Shown: one piece after another, positions 1 through 9,374 of the stretch
How the letters are laid out: each line of letters begins with the position of its first letter
How positions within the stretch are numbered: position 1 is the first letter of the stretch
IMG/VR virus record: IMGVR_UViG_3300029999_000002
Span: 1-64,000 of that record
Reading direction: 5' to 3' (one strand)
DNA from: a virus
DNA length: 64,000 bases
Made by a program: the position numbers and the translations under genes
The notes under the pieces: model-generated
The model's database searches: none
Seen by the model: only the letters and a program-made list of their open reading frames with translations
What the model was told of the DNA's origin: nothing

Positions 1-56
1 GGACGCTGGAACAGTCTCTTTGCCCTGCCTTGTTTGGATCTCAATAGTTTTCTGTG

Positions 57-257
57 TCATGCCAACACCTCAATCATGGAATCATCCTGTAAGGAAAAGT
101 AAACAAAACTGAATCCAAAGTAGCAGCTGTGGAACTGCCAGAACTCACGCTGCACGCAATCAGGATTCCAGAGGATCATGAATGCACGTTTGGATGTCGC
201 GAGATTGCAGATTGTTTTCAGGTTGGCTGCAGGATTGAATCGTTTGGAGATTGTCAT
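57..257 (-). CDS. hypothetical protein
   Basis: 66 aa ORF co-oriented with and just downstream of the 306..449 ORF and its promoter. Confidence 0.4.
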   Translation of the reverse strand: MTISKRFNPAANLKTICNLATSKRAFMILWNPDCVQREFWQFHSCYFGFSFVYFSLQDDSMIEVLA

Positions 258-305
258 ATTTTCACCGTGTTTTCTTGTCCTGGTTCCGGACTGTGTTCAG
301 GTTGG

Positions 306-449
306 TTACTTTGCGTAGAATGTCATTTTGCCGTGTTGAGAGATTACCATACCGATATTCGCTTTGCGGTAACCGCCATTCTCAATATAGAGTAGCAATC
401 CCTGCGATGCTAACTCATACTGTTTGGCTTTGCTCTTGATTGTTCGCAT
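306..449 (-). CDS. small hypothetical protein (47 aa, MRTIKSKAKQYELASQG...), below the ORF-track cutoff
   Basis: ATG at 449 preceded by GAAAGGA RBS and a TTGACA-17-TACCTT promoter. Confidence 0.55.
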   Translation of the reverse strand: MRTIKSKAKQYELASQGLLLYIENGGYRKANIGMVISQHGKMTFYAK

Positions 450-475
450 TGTGTGTTCCTTTCTGCAACTTCTCT

Positions 476-504
476 AAGGTAATTGCACACTGTGCGGATG
501 TCAA
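476..504 (-). promoter_or_regulatory. sigma70-type promoter
   Basis: TTGACA (504-499), 17 nt, TACCTT (481-476). Confidence 0.65.
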
Positions 505-772
505 TAACTATTTTCATCTATTCACACTTTTATTTCATGCATACCCAATTGCACCCAATGATAGCCAATTCCTGCCACACCTGAAACACTGCACACAATC
601 CCATCCGGAACCTGCAGCGATAGCACTACGGTCCACCAGGTGCCGGCAACAGGCATTGAGATCCAATCAACTAGAACCAAAACGCATACTATGCGCAACC
701 ATGCCAGATACCTGAAATCGCGCCACATAAAAGAGACGGAGCATATAGTACGTATGGTATCGGTTGGCTTTG

Positions 773-1293
773 TGGGAACAGAGTGCTTCGCTGTTGTGTT
801 CAATCAGACACAGCTGGAAACAGAAGTGTGTCTTTCTTACCACACTAGATAAGCACTCTGAAACACTACCCCAAACACGCAGCGAAGCACTCTGCCCTAG
901 TGCGTCTGCCCCAACATCTAGTGTGTCACACCTGGTATCAGTGGAGATCAGTGTGGCCGGAACTGTAACCAATATGGAATCAGTCTCTTATCGCTGTAAC
1001 CAGGTTGGATTCAGAGTGGGAACAGCTGATCTCTTGTGGTGGACAATCATAATAGAATCATACACATAGCATATTGACACGCTGCAGCACCACAAGACAA
1101 TGGATACCTTATGGTTGCCTACCTGTGCCTATGAATGCTGCTATGTGTTGATAACAATAGGGATATGGTTGGGTTCAGGATGGGAACAGGTTGGGATTCT
1201 TATCATGATAACAGGATGAGACCACAACATATAGTGTATGGGGCATGGCTGTACCACTAGGGGTAGGGGTATGTGACTTCAGGGTGGGAACAG
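773..1293 (+). repeat. four dispersed copies of TGGGAACAG
   Basis: exact 9-mer at 773, 1017, 1181 and 1285 in a non-coding region. Confidence 0.6.
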
Positions 1294-1345
1294 GTAGTCG
1301 CGACCGACTGACCAACCAAATTTTTATACCCACACATGAAAAATG
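1260..1345 (+). other. putative cos / packaging-initiation region
   Basis: GGGGTAGGGG...GACCG...CAAATTTTTATACCC...GAAAAATG resembles the arrangement recalled at the left end of HK97-like cos phages. Confidence 0.45.
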
Positions 1346-1418
1346 TGGTAAGATGGACACATAACTGTGCCTAACCTACCACAAAGTGTGTCTAAATTGT
1401 GAATCTATGCCTGAACCC

Positions 1419-1447
1419 AATATACATCCAAACCTCAAGCATGTCAA
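1419..1447 (-). promoter_or_regulatory. sigma70-type promoter
   Basis: TTGACA (1447-1442), 17 nt, TATATT (1424-1419). Confidence 0.55.
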
Positions 1448-1592
1448 GGACTTTCTCAATCTCTAAAACAGCTTCCCAAAACTGAACCCAGATTGGACCC
1501 GAATAGCCTCACTGGAACCCTGATTGGCTGCGTTCAGGTGACTCATGTGCTCATTTGTCCGAGATTAGGTATCCCAGCACCCTGAATAGCAC

Positions 1593-2183
1593 CTAGACGC
1601 TGTGAGCTACCACATGAGCTGCTGAGTCCATCTGCTGCTTCTGGAACTCACCAACATCCACAACAACCAGTTCTTCTCTATTGCTCCCAGCAATCCACCG
1701 ACTGTGAGCATCCTGGATGATGGCCATGTCTGCCTTGGTCTTCCGGAGCGGCCCCCAGCCCTGGTTCACGAATGTGATCTGGCTGGGTCCCTCGGTAGCA
1801 TCAATGAAGTCTAGGCAGAAGCCGGCGAGGCTGATCTCATCTGTGGACTTGTCTTCAAACAGGATGTCGGTGATGTTTCCCATAGGAACAGTGATGCCTT
1901 GTGGGTGGATTGTGATCTCATCATGCTTCACGCATACTATGCAGGTCTTCAGCTTGCCACCCACTGTGAGCAGATGTGAACAGAAGGACACGCTCTGTGA
2001 CTTATTCGCCACACCTGGAGTCCTAGGAGTTAGTGACTTGAAAATGAAGTGCAGGACCACGATCCAGACCGGTGCCCAGAGAATGTTCCAGAGAGACAGG
2101 TAGAGGGTGTAGAAGAATCCCGCTGCGCTGAGGAGCAGGATGGCTGCACCGATTACGTCTTTGCTGCTCTTGAATCCCTTCAT
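1593..2183 (-). CDS. membrane protein, two N-terminal TM helices plus soluble beta-rich domain
   Basis: 196 aa ORF, hydrophobic N-terminus, ATGA overlap with upstream gene. Confidence 0.7.
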   Translation of the reverse strand: MKGFKSSKDVIGAAILLLSAAGFFYTLYLSLWNILWAPVWIVVLHFIFKSLTPRTPGVANKSQSVSFCSHLLTVGGKLKTCIVCVKHDEITIHPQGITVPMGNITDILFEDKSTDEISLAGFCLDFIDATEGPSQITFVNQGWGPLRKTKADMAIIQDAHSRWIAGSNREELVVVDVGEFQKQQMDSAAHVVAHSV

Positions 2184-2404
2184 TGATTCCCTTTCTTTCG
2201 TATGGTGCCGTAGCGCAGAAAGTGATCAAACTGCTTCCTGAGGTCCATGGTGTCATCACTCAGCATAGTTGTGCTTCCTACTCTGATGCCATAGCAGTTC
2301 TTCTGGCTTTCCGGATACTTTCTGGCGAACACCCCGAAGTAAACAGTCCTCTGCTCCTTGGTCATCTTCTTGACCTCAACAAGTGAAAGTCCGTGGAGTG
2401 CCAT
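2180..2404 (-). CDS. hypothetical protein
   Basis: 74 aa, tightly packed in the operon. Confidence 0.6.
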   Translation of the reverse strand: MALHGLSLVEVKKMTKEQRTVYFGVFARKYPESQKNCYGIRVGSTTMLSDDTMDLRKQFDHFLRYGTIRKKGNQ

Positions 2405-2408
2405 GGCT

Positions 2409-2759
2409 TTACACTACTCCCCTCTGAACCAAGATGAAAACCTTCCGATTCCTCATCTGAGCCTCTTCTATCATGTGCCTGGTCCCAGGGGAACCATTTG
2501 TGATTGCGATCAGGGCGTCTGCATACTCTGCCATCTGGGTGTTGCGTCGGAACCCAGCCTGTTTCCCAAAGGCAGCCCAGCTGGCTGGGAACAGCTTGTA
2601 CGGGATACCATTCTCGATGGCCCACCTCATGCCCAGGCTGTCGACACCTCTGGCGCCACCGCAGACGACTTCTGTGATCTTGAACCCACTACGGGCGACG
2701 GCCAGAGGGACCAGGCTGTATTTCAGGATGGTTCGGGAGCCTGCGATTATGACTTTCAC
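2409..2759 (-). CDS. SLOG / YspA-like (DUF2493) protein
   Basis: KVIIAGSR...VVCGGARGVD...AGFRRN..MAEYADALIA...SPGTRHMI motifs; GTG start at 2759 overlaps upstream stop. Confidence 0.85.
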   Translation of the reverse strand: MKVIIAGSRTILKYSLVPLAVARSGFKITEVVCGGARGVDSLGMRWAIENGIPYKLFPASWAAFGKQAGFRRNTQMAEYADALIAITNGSPGTRHMIEEAQMRNRKVFILVQRGVV

Positions 2760-3085
2760 AGACCTTCCTCGATCTCTGCCTTCGCTGCTGGAACCAGAAA
2801 TGGTCCTCCTGCCTCGACCTCCATGTTGAGCGCAAGACGGATATGGTCTTTGACCCACTTGGTGCCCGTAGCAGTCAGGTAGCCAGCATTGCTGAACCTT
2901 TGAAGCAGGATATCGGCGCGATCACACGACTCAAGAGGAACAGGCTTCAGCGCTCGGTACAGAGTCAGGAGTTTGTCGTAATCTTCTGACAACACATAAT
3001 AGCCATCTGGCGAGACCCACTCTTCACCTTGGTCTGTGTCGAAGCGGTCTACCTTCTCTGGATCTAACTCGGATTCAGAAGCCAT
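2756..3085 (-). CDS. hypothetical protein
   Basis: 109 aa with AGGAG RBS. Confidence 0.65.
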   Translation of the reverse strand: MASESELDPEKVDRFDTDQGEEWVSPDGYYVLSEDYDKLLTLYRALKPVPLESCDRADILLQRFSNAGYLTATGTKWVKDHIRLALNMEVEAGGPFLVPAAKAEIEEGL

Positions 3086-3324
3086 TGAAACTCCTTGCTA
3101 ACGCTTTGTGAATACGCTTCCACGTAATCTTCTTTTTAGCCTTCATTCCCTTGCGGAGTGGGAACCAGGACAGATGCCATGTTCGGTACCGGCGCGCCAC
3201 TACTTGGTCTCCTTCTTCAGGTACCAGTCCGCCGGCCGGATATACTCATCGAAGGTGCCAAGCTTGGGAGCAGGAGGTCCAGGCTTCAGGTTCGGGTTGA
3301 TCACAACTGGGAATCCTAGAATCT

Positions 3325-4098
3325 TCATGCGCCCAACTTCCAGTGCTTCAGATAGGCTTCAGTGATCAACTTTGAGATCGCAACACGATCCACATATCGA
3401 GGCAGATTGGACTCAACTTCAGCGCGGAGAACCTGGAGCTCAAGCTGACAGAACAACTGCTCCACATAGGTCTGAGTGAACTCACCCTGCCTGATGCTCA
3501 GAAGTAGATCGACATCCGGACGAGGGTACGTGATGATTCCTGTCTCCAAGAACTCTAGACATTCACTCATCATCCGGATCATGTGCATGGCTGCCTTTGT
3601 GTCATATCCCTTGGAGTCATCTCGCTGCCCATGCTTGCCGGCACCCTTGAGCCCCTGCAGCCGGTGCAACTGATTCCTGCCCATACCCAAGAAGCCCTTG
3701 GCGTGGGACGAGGCGAGGAACAGATGCCGGTTTGGCAGAATGACTTCCTTCCAGACACCCTCGATGGTAGTTGGCGCGAACAGATACCCGAGAACAGTTG
3801 GGTTCCCTTTGGCAGCCAGTGTTGCCCATTTGCGTAGAGTGTAAAGCTGGTAGTCCACGTCGGCCGAAGTGTTCTTGCTGGTTTGGTCCGAAGTGCTGGT
3901 GACAAAATGCTCTTCACGGTCCAGCCCAAGTGCCATCACTGGACTCTCGATGAACACACCGTAGACATCCAGATCCATCTTGCCGGGGAGCATGGCACCG
4001 TGCAGTTGGCTCCCACCTGCGAACACATGGAGCAACTTGTCTTCATGTTTGAAGCCTCTATCAGCCAGGGCTGAGAGCAGGATGTCATTAGTTACCAT
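3325..4098 (-). CDS. DNA polymerase beta-superfamily nucleotidyltransferase (RlaP/YcgL-like)
   Basis: GSQLHG...DLDVYGVF, LAAKGNPTVL and GYDTKAAMHMIR motifs. Confidence 0.8.
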   Translation of the reverse strand: MVTNDILLSALADRGFKHEDKLLHVFAGGSQLHGAMLPGKMDLDVYGVFIESPVMALGLDREEHFVTSTSDQTSKNTSADVDYQLYTLRKWATLAAKGNPTVLGYLFAPTTIEGVWKEVILPNRHLFLASSHAKGFLGMGRNQLHRLQGLKGAGKHGQRDDSKGYDTKAAMHMIRMMSECLEFLETGIITYPRPDVDLLLSIRQGEFTQTYVEQLFCQLELQVLRAEVESNLPRYVDRVAISKLITEAYLKHWKLGA

Positions 4099-4320
4099 TT
4101 AGTCCTCAATGAATTCTGATGTCTCAAAGTCAACATCGTCGACGTTCTCTGCACCAACCATCTCTTCAGCGAAAGCGCGCTTGCCCTCAGGTGAATTGTC
4201 GTAGCAATGTGCAAACTGGAATTCGAACTTTATAGGGTCACCAGGTTCTGTCTCCACGGCATGGCCACAGCATCCTGAATCACAGCCATAATCAGTGTGG
4301 TAGATCCTAAGCTTGCTCAT
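4099..4320 (-). CDS. hypothetical protein (YGCDSGCCGH motif)
   Basis: likely start MSKLRIYH at 4320 overlapping the upstream stop. Confidence 0.6.
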   Translation of the reverse strand: MSKLRIYHTDYGCDSGCCGHAVETEPGDPIKFEFQFAHCYDNSPEGKRAFAEEMVGAENVDDVDFETSEFIED

Positions 4321-4862
4321 CGGTTGGAAACCGGAGCAGGCCATACTACTGTGAACTGCCTTTTCGCATGGCAAATTCTGCACCGTCCAACACAGTCAGC
4401 AATTGGTCCCGAATACCTGAACCAATGATTCACAATCTTGCACAACCAGAGCAGACGGGTTCCATTTGCAATCTTGATGGTCATCACAGGCTGTTCCTCC
4501 ACTGATCCCTGAAACTGCTCCCACCGAATGCGCATAATGTGCACACGCAGAACAGGAACCGTGTCACCTGAAGTGGGATGTACCAGGCCAGGTTCCAGAT
4601 GATGCGAGGCAGAGGAAAGCTTCCTGTTTGCCTGTCTGATTTCCAACCCCACCACTTGAGTTTGAACTTACTCATCTTCATCTGCTTCCTTGAGGATAGT
4701 GACCTCAGAGAGTTTCAATTCGTGCCAACGCGCCCCATCAAAGTAATCCTTGAGATGCTCTTCAGCAATCTCAACGGCTTCATCGCGAGAAGCAATGTCG
4801 ATTCGCCGGAAAGAGCAATTGGCGCACTTCAGTTTGAACTTCTGTACGACTTGGATTTCCAT
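4317..4862 (-). CDS. three small hypothetical ORFs (about 4317..4487, 4484..4681, 4668..4862; the last with CxxC...H)
   Basis: overlapping start/stop chain typical of a phage early operon. Confidence 0.5.
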
Positions 4863-5194
4863 CAGACCGTCACCGCCTTCGGGTGATAACTGAACACGAA
4901 GCAAGGATAGTAATCATCATAATCCGACGTACCAATCTCCAACCAAACATGACCGTCGTCAATATCAACCAATTGGTGACCATCAATGTTGGGAGCGTTC
5001 TCGACCCGAACACGCGCGATGACAGTCTGGAAGAAGATGAGCCCCTCAGGGTCCTTGACCTCGATGCTACCCAAGCTAGAACGATAACCATCATCTTCGT
5101 CTTCCAGGGCCTCGAACACAGTGTCACCCAGCTTGAAGGAGTTGTTGTCCACTCCGTAGAAATCAAATTCTTGTCCAACCAGTTTATCTAGCAT
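4862..5194 (-). CDS. acidic hypothetical phage protein
   Basis: 110 aa, GAGGG RBS, EDEDDGYRS motif. Confidence 0.7.
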   Translation of the reverse strand: MLDKLVGQEFDFYGVDNNSFKLGDTVFEALEDEDDGYRSSLGSIEVKDPEGLIFFQTVIARVRVENAPNIDGHQLVDIDDGHVWLEIGTSDYDDYYPCFVFSYHPKAVTV

Positions 5195-5346
5195 CTACTT
5201 CCCTCTCATTGAGAACAACTTATAAATCATTCCACCCAGCTTCCGTTGCCGGCCGCTCTTCGTCAGAGGAATCCCAATCTTCATTCCCAGGTTCCTCTTC
5301 ATCCTAGTTATGCCTGTCAATCGCTTCAGGCTGAATCCGCCTCGGT

Positions 5347-5709
5347 TCATGAGTCACCATACTTTCCGCCAGCCTTCTGCATCTCTTCAACCGTCGCCCA
5401 CGTGCCACCATTATTCACAGTAGTGAAAGTCTTTGGCTTCTTGGCCGGTACAGGAAGACTGTTGAACGTCCAGCACTCGGAACCATCATATTCATCGCGG
5501 TCCAGCCAGAAATCATCTCCAACTACTACAAGGTCACTTGCAATGAGTTGAGACCCATACCCTGCGTTGTAGTCAACGTCAGCGATCTTGGCAAACTCTG
5601 CCCAAGTGATGGAGAATTTACCGTCACTGGAACCGACCCAGATTACATCTTCTGAGCAGCGATCATTTGACTCCAACTGGTTCAACGTTTCCTGCAAAAG
5701 ATTAGTCAA
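5347..5709 (-). CDS. hypothetical phage protein
   Basis: 120 aa, own promoter and GAGG RBS; YNAGYG...R.EYDGSE.W motif. Confidence 0.75.
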   Translation of the reverse strand: MTNLLQETLNQLESNDRCSEDVIWVGSSDGKFSITWAEFAKIADVDYNAGYGSQLIASDLVVVGDDFWLDRDEYDGSECWTFNSLPVPAKKPKTFTTVNNGGTWATVEEMQKAGGKYGDS

Positions 5710-5732
5710 TGTCTATCACCTCACTGAACCCA

Positions 5733-5780
5733 ACACTACACACCATCAGGCAGCATGTCAAGACTTTTCTTCCTGTATAG
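5733..5780 (-). promoter_or_regulatory. sigma70 promoter with upstream ATRCAG box
   Basis: CTATACAG, 11 nt, TTGACA, 17 nt, TAGTGT. Confidence 0.7.
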
Positions 5781-5782
5781 CT

Positions 5783-6049
5783 CTAATGAGAAAACTTCTT
5801 TGTGAGCCAGATTGCAACCAGTGAGCCACATGTTCCGCCCAGGGTGAATCCAGCCAGACCCAAATGGCTCTTGTCACCTTCAGTTGAAATCTTCCTGATG
5901 ATGAAGTAACTGTTCAGTCCGTAAGCAGTATCCGTCAGGATGATCCCAAGATAGCTGCCCTTTGATAGCACAATGATGCTGAGGCAGAAGAGAAGATACT
6001 GTGTGAACTGTACTGCGAACAGGGTGAGGAACTCGCGCCACTTAGCCAT
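5783..6049 (-). CDS. small membrane protein (about 3 TM)
   Basis: likely start MAKWREFL at 6049; hydrophobic. Confidence 0.6.
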   Translation of the reverse strand: MAKWREFLTLFAVQFTQYLLFCLSIIVLSKGSYLGIILTDTAYGLNSYFIIRKISTEGDKSHLGLAGFTLGGTCGSLVAIWLTKKFSH

Positions 6050-6473
6050 TACAGATGCACTCATCAAGGAGCTTGTCAGTGATCGTATCGTGGGACCAGA
6101 GGAGCAGTTGCTGAAATTGGTCACCAATTTCAGCAACTGTTACTGGGTGCGTGCAAATAGCCGTCATAAACCCCAATGCTGACCCATACACTTCAAGATT
6201 TGTATCGAAGAAGGTTTCCACGGGAATACCCTCCCATCCCTCTTTCAAAATGCAGTAGAGGTCATGCAGACTATGATTGCTCGGAGCCGACAGCACAATA
6301 GTAGTGATGGGTTGATAGACTAAATGACCAGTAGCTCTCGCAAGCACCATGCGCATCTTCGACACGACGTGCGCACACTGTGCAGCAATCCGTCCGCAGG
6401 GTTGAACGATCACGCCATTAGGCGTGTCAACAGTCCCGGCCACCACGACGTAGATTATTTTCTCTTCGCTCAC
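6042..6473 (-). CDS. peptidyl-tRNA hydrolase, Pth2-like
   Basis: GRIAAQCAH matches the PTH2 GKxAAQxxH signature; also IYVVV, TTIVL, D...E, TAI elements. Confidence 0.7.
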   Translation of the reverse strand: MSEEKIIYVVVAGTVDTPNGVIVQPCGRIAAQCAHVVSKMRMVLARATGHLVYQPITTIVLSAPSNHSLHDLYCILKEGWEGIPVETFFDTNLEVYGSALGFMTAICTHPVTVAEIGDQFQQLLLWSHDTITDKLLDECICNG

Positions 6474-7783
6474 GCTGTCTCCAATGTCATTACAAGATCA
6501 TGCATCGCTGTCAACGCTTCATCCCGAGTTGAAACCTTGCCCTCAAGCTGAAGTGTCTCGATACCTTCCAGAACCTCTTTGAATCTCGGACCAGGCGTCA
6601 GACCGTAGGCAATCAAGTCCTCACCTGTTACCAACCGAGCCGGCCGCAACACAGCAGGAGGCAGATCGACCAGCATCTTTGTGCAATGCTCGTAATTCCC
6701 CAGGTTTCCTGATCCAGCAGTAGCATCCAGCCTGTGGAGTTCCAGCAGCTCACTGAAGTTGTCCTGACGCAGAAATCTCATCAGCTTGGCCTTCCGCATC
6801 AGCTTCGAGACACGGAATGTCATGTGCTGGGCAACATGGCTGACAACAACCTCGATCACCTCGTTCGGGTACTTGAGCCGGCGCAGGATGTCCTCAGCAA
6901 TTGGCGCTCCTGCCTCTTCGTGCCCATGGAACGTAGGCTGCCCATCTTTGAGGGCAAACGTGGCAGGCTTCCCAATGTCATGCAGGAGAGCAGCAAGAGC
7001 CAAAGTCAGGGAGCAACCTGGTTCCAACTGTTCAAGCAACTTGAGTGTGTGGATTAGCACATTGCCTTCAGGATGGTACACAGGGTTCTGCTCACAGTGG
7101 AACAAGTTATTGAACTCAGGTAAGAAATGATGCAGCAGCCCTGAGCAGTAGAGAGCCCACAGACCATCCGCAGCCATGCCTGATGTCAGGATCTTGCTGA
7201 GCTCCATCTGAACCCGTTCTGCGCTCACCTTTGTGATCAGAGGGGAACAATCCTGAATCGCTTTGTATGTCGAATCCTCAACCCTGAACCCAAGCTGGGC
7301 AGCAAACCTGATTGCACGTAGCATCCGGAGTGGGTCCTCGATGAACCGATCACTGGGATTGCCCACAGCGCGCACGAGACCCAGCGCGAGATCCTTCTCG
7401 CCATGGAGTGGGTCCAGGATGTGACCATCTGCGTCCATGGTGATTGCATTTATCGTGAAATCTCTTCGCAATAAATCTTCCCGCAAGTTGCGCGTGAATG
7501 TTACAGTGTCTGGATGCCTAGAATCAGAATAGTTGCCGTCCGTGCGGAATGTCGCTACCTCCGCTGAGGCGCCGTCATAGTTCACTAGCACTACGCCGAA
7601 TGCTGCCCCAACTTTCTTCGTGTCCGAAAACAGGTCGGCAATTTCCTGTGAATCTGCTGATGTAGCAATGTCAACATCCTTGCTCCAGCGCTGCAGCAGA
7701 TGGTCACGAACGCAGCCGCCGACGAAATACGCTTTGTGTCCCGCCTGGTTCAGTTCGCGCAGAATTGATTTATGCTGTTGCAT
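6470..7783 (-). CDS. cca: CCA tRNA nucleotidyltransferase (class II) with HD domain
   Basis: VGGCVRD, DVD, EDLLRRDFTINA, EDPLRMLRAIRF, HPEG..HT and LLHDIGKP; lacks the GRRF poly(A) polymerase motif. Confidence 0.9.
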   Translation of the reverse strand: MQQHKSILRELNQAGHKAYFVGGCVRDHLLQRWSKDVDIATSADSQEIADLFSDTKKVGAAFGVVLVNYDGASAEVATFRTDGNYSDSRHPDTVTFTRNLREDLLRRDFTINAITMDADGHILDPLHGEKDLALGLVRAVGNPSDRFIEDPLRMLRAIRFAAQLGFRVEDSTYKAIQDCSPLITKVSAERVQMELSKILTSGMAADGLWALYCSGLLHHFLPEFNNLFHCEQNPVYHPEGNVLIHTLKLLEQLEPGCSLTLALAALLHDIGKPATFALKDGQPTFHGHEEAGAPIAEDILRRLKYPNEVIEVVVSHVAQHMTFRVSKLMRKAKLMRFLRQDNFSELLELHRLDATAGSGNLGNYEHCTKMLVDLPPAVLRPARLVTGEDLIAYGLTPGPRFKEVLEGIETLQLEGKVSTRDEALTAMHDLVMTLETA

Positions 7784-7849
7784 CAGTTCCCTTTCAAAAG
7801 CTACCTAACGTCTGTAGACGGGTATTCATAAAGTCGGCAGTATCATATT

Positions 7850-8077
7850 GTGCCCGGTAACCAAAAAACTATGCCCAAGCTTCGCGGCACCCTGGCACGA
7901 AATCTCCGAAGACTCAGGGCAGAACGTAAACTCTCGCAGGATGACTTGGCTGACCTTGCCTGTCTTCATCGCACGTACATAGGCTCAATCGAACGCGGAG
8001 AGCGCAACATTTCTATAGACAACATTGAGAAACTGGCTGTGGCATTTGGTATACCAGCCAGCATTCTTCTGGAGTAA
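7850..8077 (+). CDS. XRE-family HTH regulator
   Basis: NLRRLR...LSQDDLA...LHRTYIGSIERGERNISIDNIEKLA. Confidence 0.9.
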   Translation: MPGNQKTMPKLRGTLARNLRRLRAERKLSQDDLADLACLHRTYIGSIERGERNISIDNIEKLAVAFGIPASILLE

Positions 8078-8098
8078 TAATTCTGCCCTTCTTCAAAT

Positions 8099-8146
8099 AT
8101 AGTAACTAGGCACCCACCTGATGTCAAGGTTTATTTTCCTGTATAG
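8099..8146 (-). promoter_or_regulatory. sigma70 promoter with upstream ATRCAG box
   Basis: CTATACAG, 11 nt, TTGACA, 17 nt, TACTAT. Confidence 0.7.
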
Positions 8147-8378
8147 CAGTTTTGTAAATAGGATGGAAACCATCTTCTAGATCCGGGTACACACGGATCT
8201 CGACGCCGGCCAGCACATCAGTGAGCAGCGCTATGCGTGTAGGTGTGATCCTCTTGAGTTCGGCCCAGGTCTTCTCATTGCACCTGTAATAGAGGGGATA
8301 GTGTGCGCGCTGAGTTAGAGCCATCACTATCTTCTCAACATGCGCCAGCGCCTCAAACGTTATCTCAGGGTCAATCAT
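8124..8378 (-). CDS. hypothetical protein
   Basis: 84 aa, overlaps the RNase H stop. Confidence 0.55.
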   Translation of the reverse strand: MIDPEITFEALAHVEKIVMALTQRAHYPLYYRCNEKTWAELKRITPTRIALLTDVLAGVEIRVYPDLEDGFHPIYKTAIQENKP

Positions 8379-8832
8379 CTCGCCGCTTCCCTTTTAGGGA
8401 ACACACAATCCCATGTCGGTCCATCACACGATTGCACAGTGCGTCTGCCTTTGTGTTGTGTTCACGACGGAACCAAGTAAGTGTCGTAGGACAGACACTG
8501 CACAGCTTGTTGAATGCAGTATTAGCGGATAAGTAATAAGGGCGAAGGTCTACATCCCTCACCTGCCACCTCTGATTGATCTGCTCAACAATCAATTGGG
8601 AATCACTAAATATATTTATTTCATGTACCTTTTCTATGTCTTGCAGATGACATAGAGATATACATGCAGCTTCCAAAGCTCTATACTCAGCTTGGTTGTT
8701 TGTGCAGTGGGGCAGGAACCCAGAATGCTCATGAACACTGTCGTTTTCGTTTGTTAGCAACACAAATGCCCATGCGCCCGGACCCGGATTATCTCTGCAT
8801 CCACCATCTGTCTGTACAACTATTTTTTTCAC
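8371..8832 (-). CDS. rnhA: ribonuclease HI
   Basis: TDGGCRDNPGP, TNNQAEY, SDSQL, REHNTKADAL; likely GTG start at 8832. Confidence 0.9.
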   Translation of the reverse strand: MKKIVVQTDGGCRDNPGPGAWAFVLLTNENDSVHEHSGFLPHCTNNQAEYRALEAACISLCHLQDIEKVHEINIFSDSQLIVEQINQRWQVRDVDLRPYYLSANTAFNKLCSVCPTTLTWFRREHNTKADALCNRVMDRHGIVCSLKGKRRDD

Positions 8833-8872
8833 TAGGTCATCTACCTTTGTACTGTCATTGTGATTTCCACGC

Positions 8873-8900
8873 TTGACAAACTGAAACAATATGCTATTCT
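8873..8900 (+). promoter_or_regulatory. sigma70-type promoter for the HTH gene at 8979
   Basis: TTGACA, 16 nt, TATTCT with extended -10 TG. Confidence 0.5.
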
Positions 8901-8978
8901 GTTGACGGAGAATAAAGGAGAAAGCCGATAGAGTAACACCCTAAGACATAACGCACACCCGAAAGAGAGGTACCAAAG

Positions 8979-9374
8979 ATGTCCCCCGCAAATGAAAAGC
9001 CGCTCAAAAGTGCAAGCCTAGGACTTGTGCTTCAACAAAAAGTCAAGGAGATGGGGTCCAACCCGCGAAGGCTATCTGCTGAAATAGACTATGCTTATGA
9101 CCATGTACGAAAGGTCTACAACGGCAGTGAGTTTCCTGGAAATACACTTCTCAAGAAACTCTGCACATACCTCAAGCTGGACTATGAGGAGATGCTTTCA
9201 CTAGTGGAGGCAGACAGGGCTTTCGACAAAGGCTGGCTTGATCTGGTTCTTGAAGAAGATCCTGCTGTCACCGATCTGAAGCGCTTCTGGCCTCACCTCA
9301 CCACAAATGACCGCGCTGAAATTCTTGACTTAGTAAAGACCAAAGCCGCCAGAGCTACAAGCGGTAAACGCTAG
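8979..9374 (+). CDS. HTH (XRE-like) DNA-binding protein
   Basis: N-terminal HTH pattern (RRLSAEIDYAYDHVRKVYNG..FP....LKKLC..L); GAGG RBS. Confidence 0.65.
   Translation: MSPANEKPLKSASLGLVLQQKVKEMGSNPRRLSAEIDYAYDHVRKVYNGSEFPGNTLLKKLCTYLKLDYEEMLSLVEADRAFDKGWLDLVLEEDPAVTDLKRFWPHLTTNDRAEILDLVKTKAARATSGKR

Noticed and set aside
440-1360. Overlapping ORFs in the ORF track across the first 1.4 kb
   Set aside because: Mutually overlapping, no RBS and no recognisable motifs; region treated as mostly non-coding
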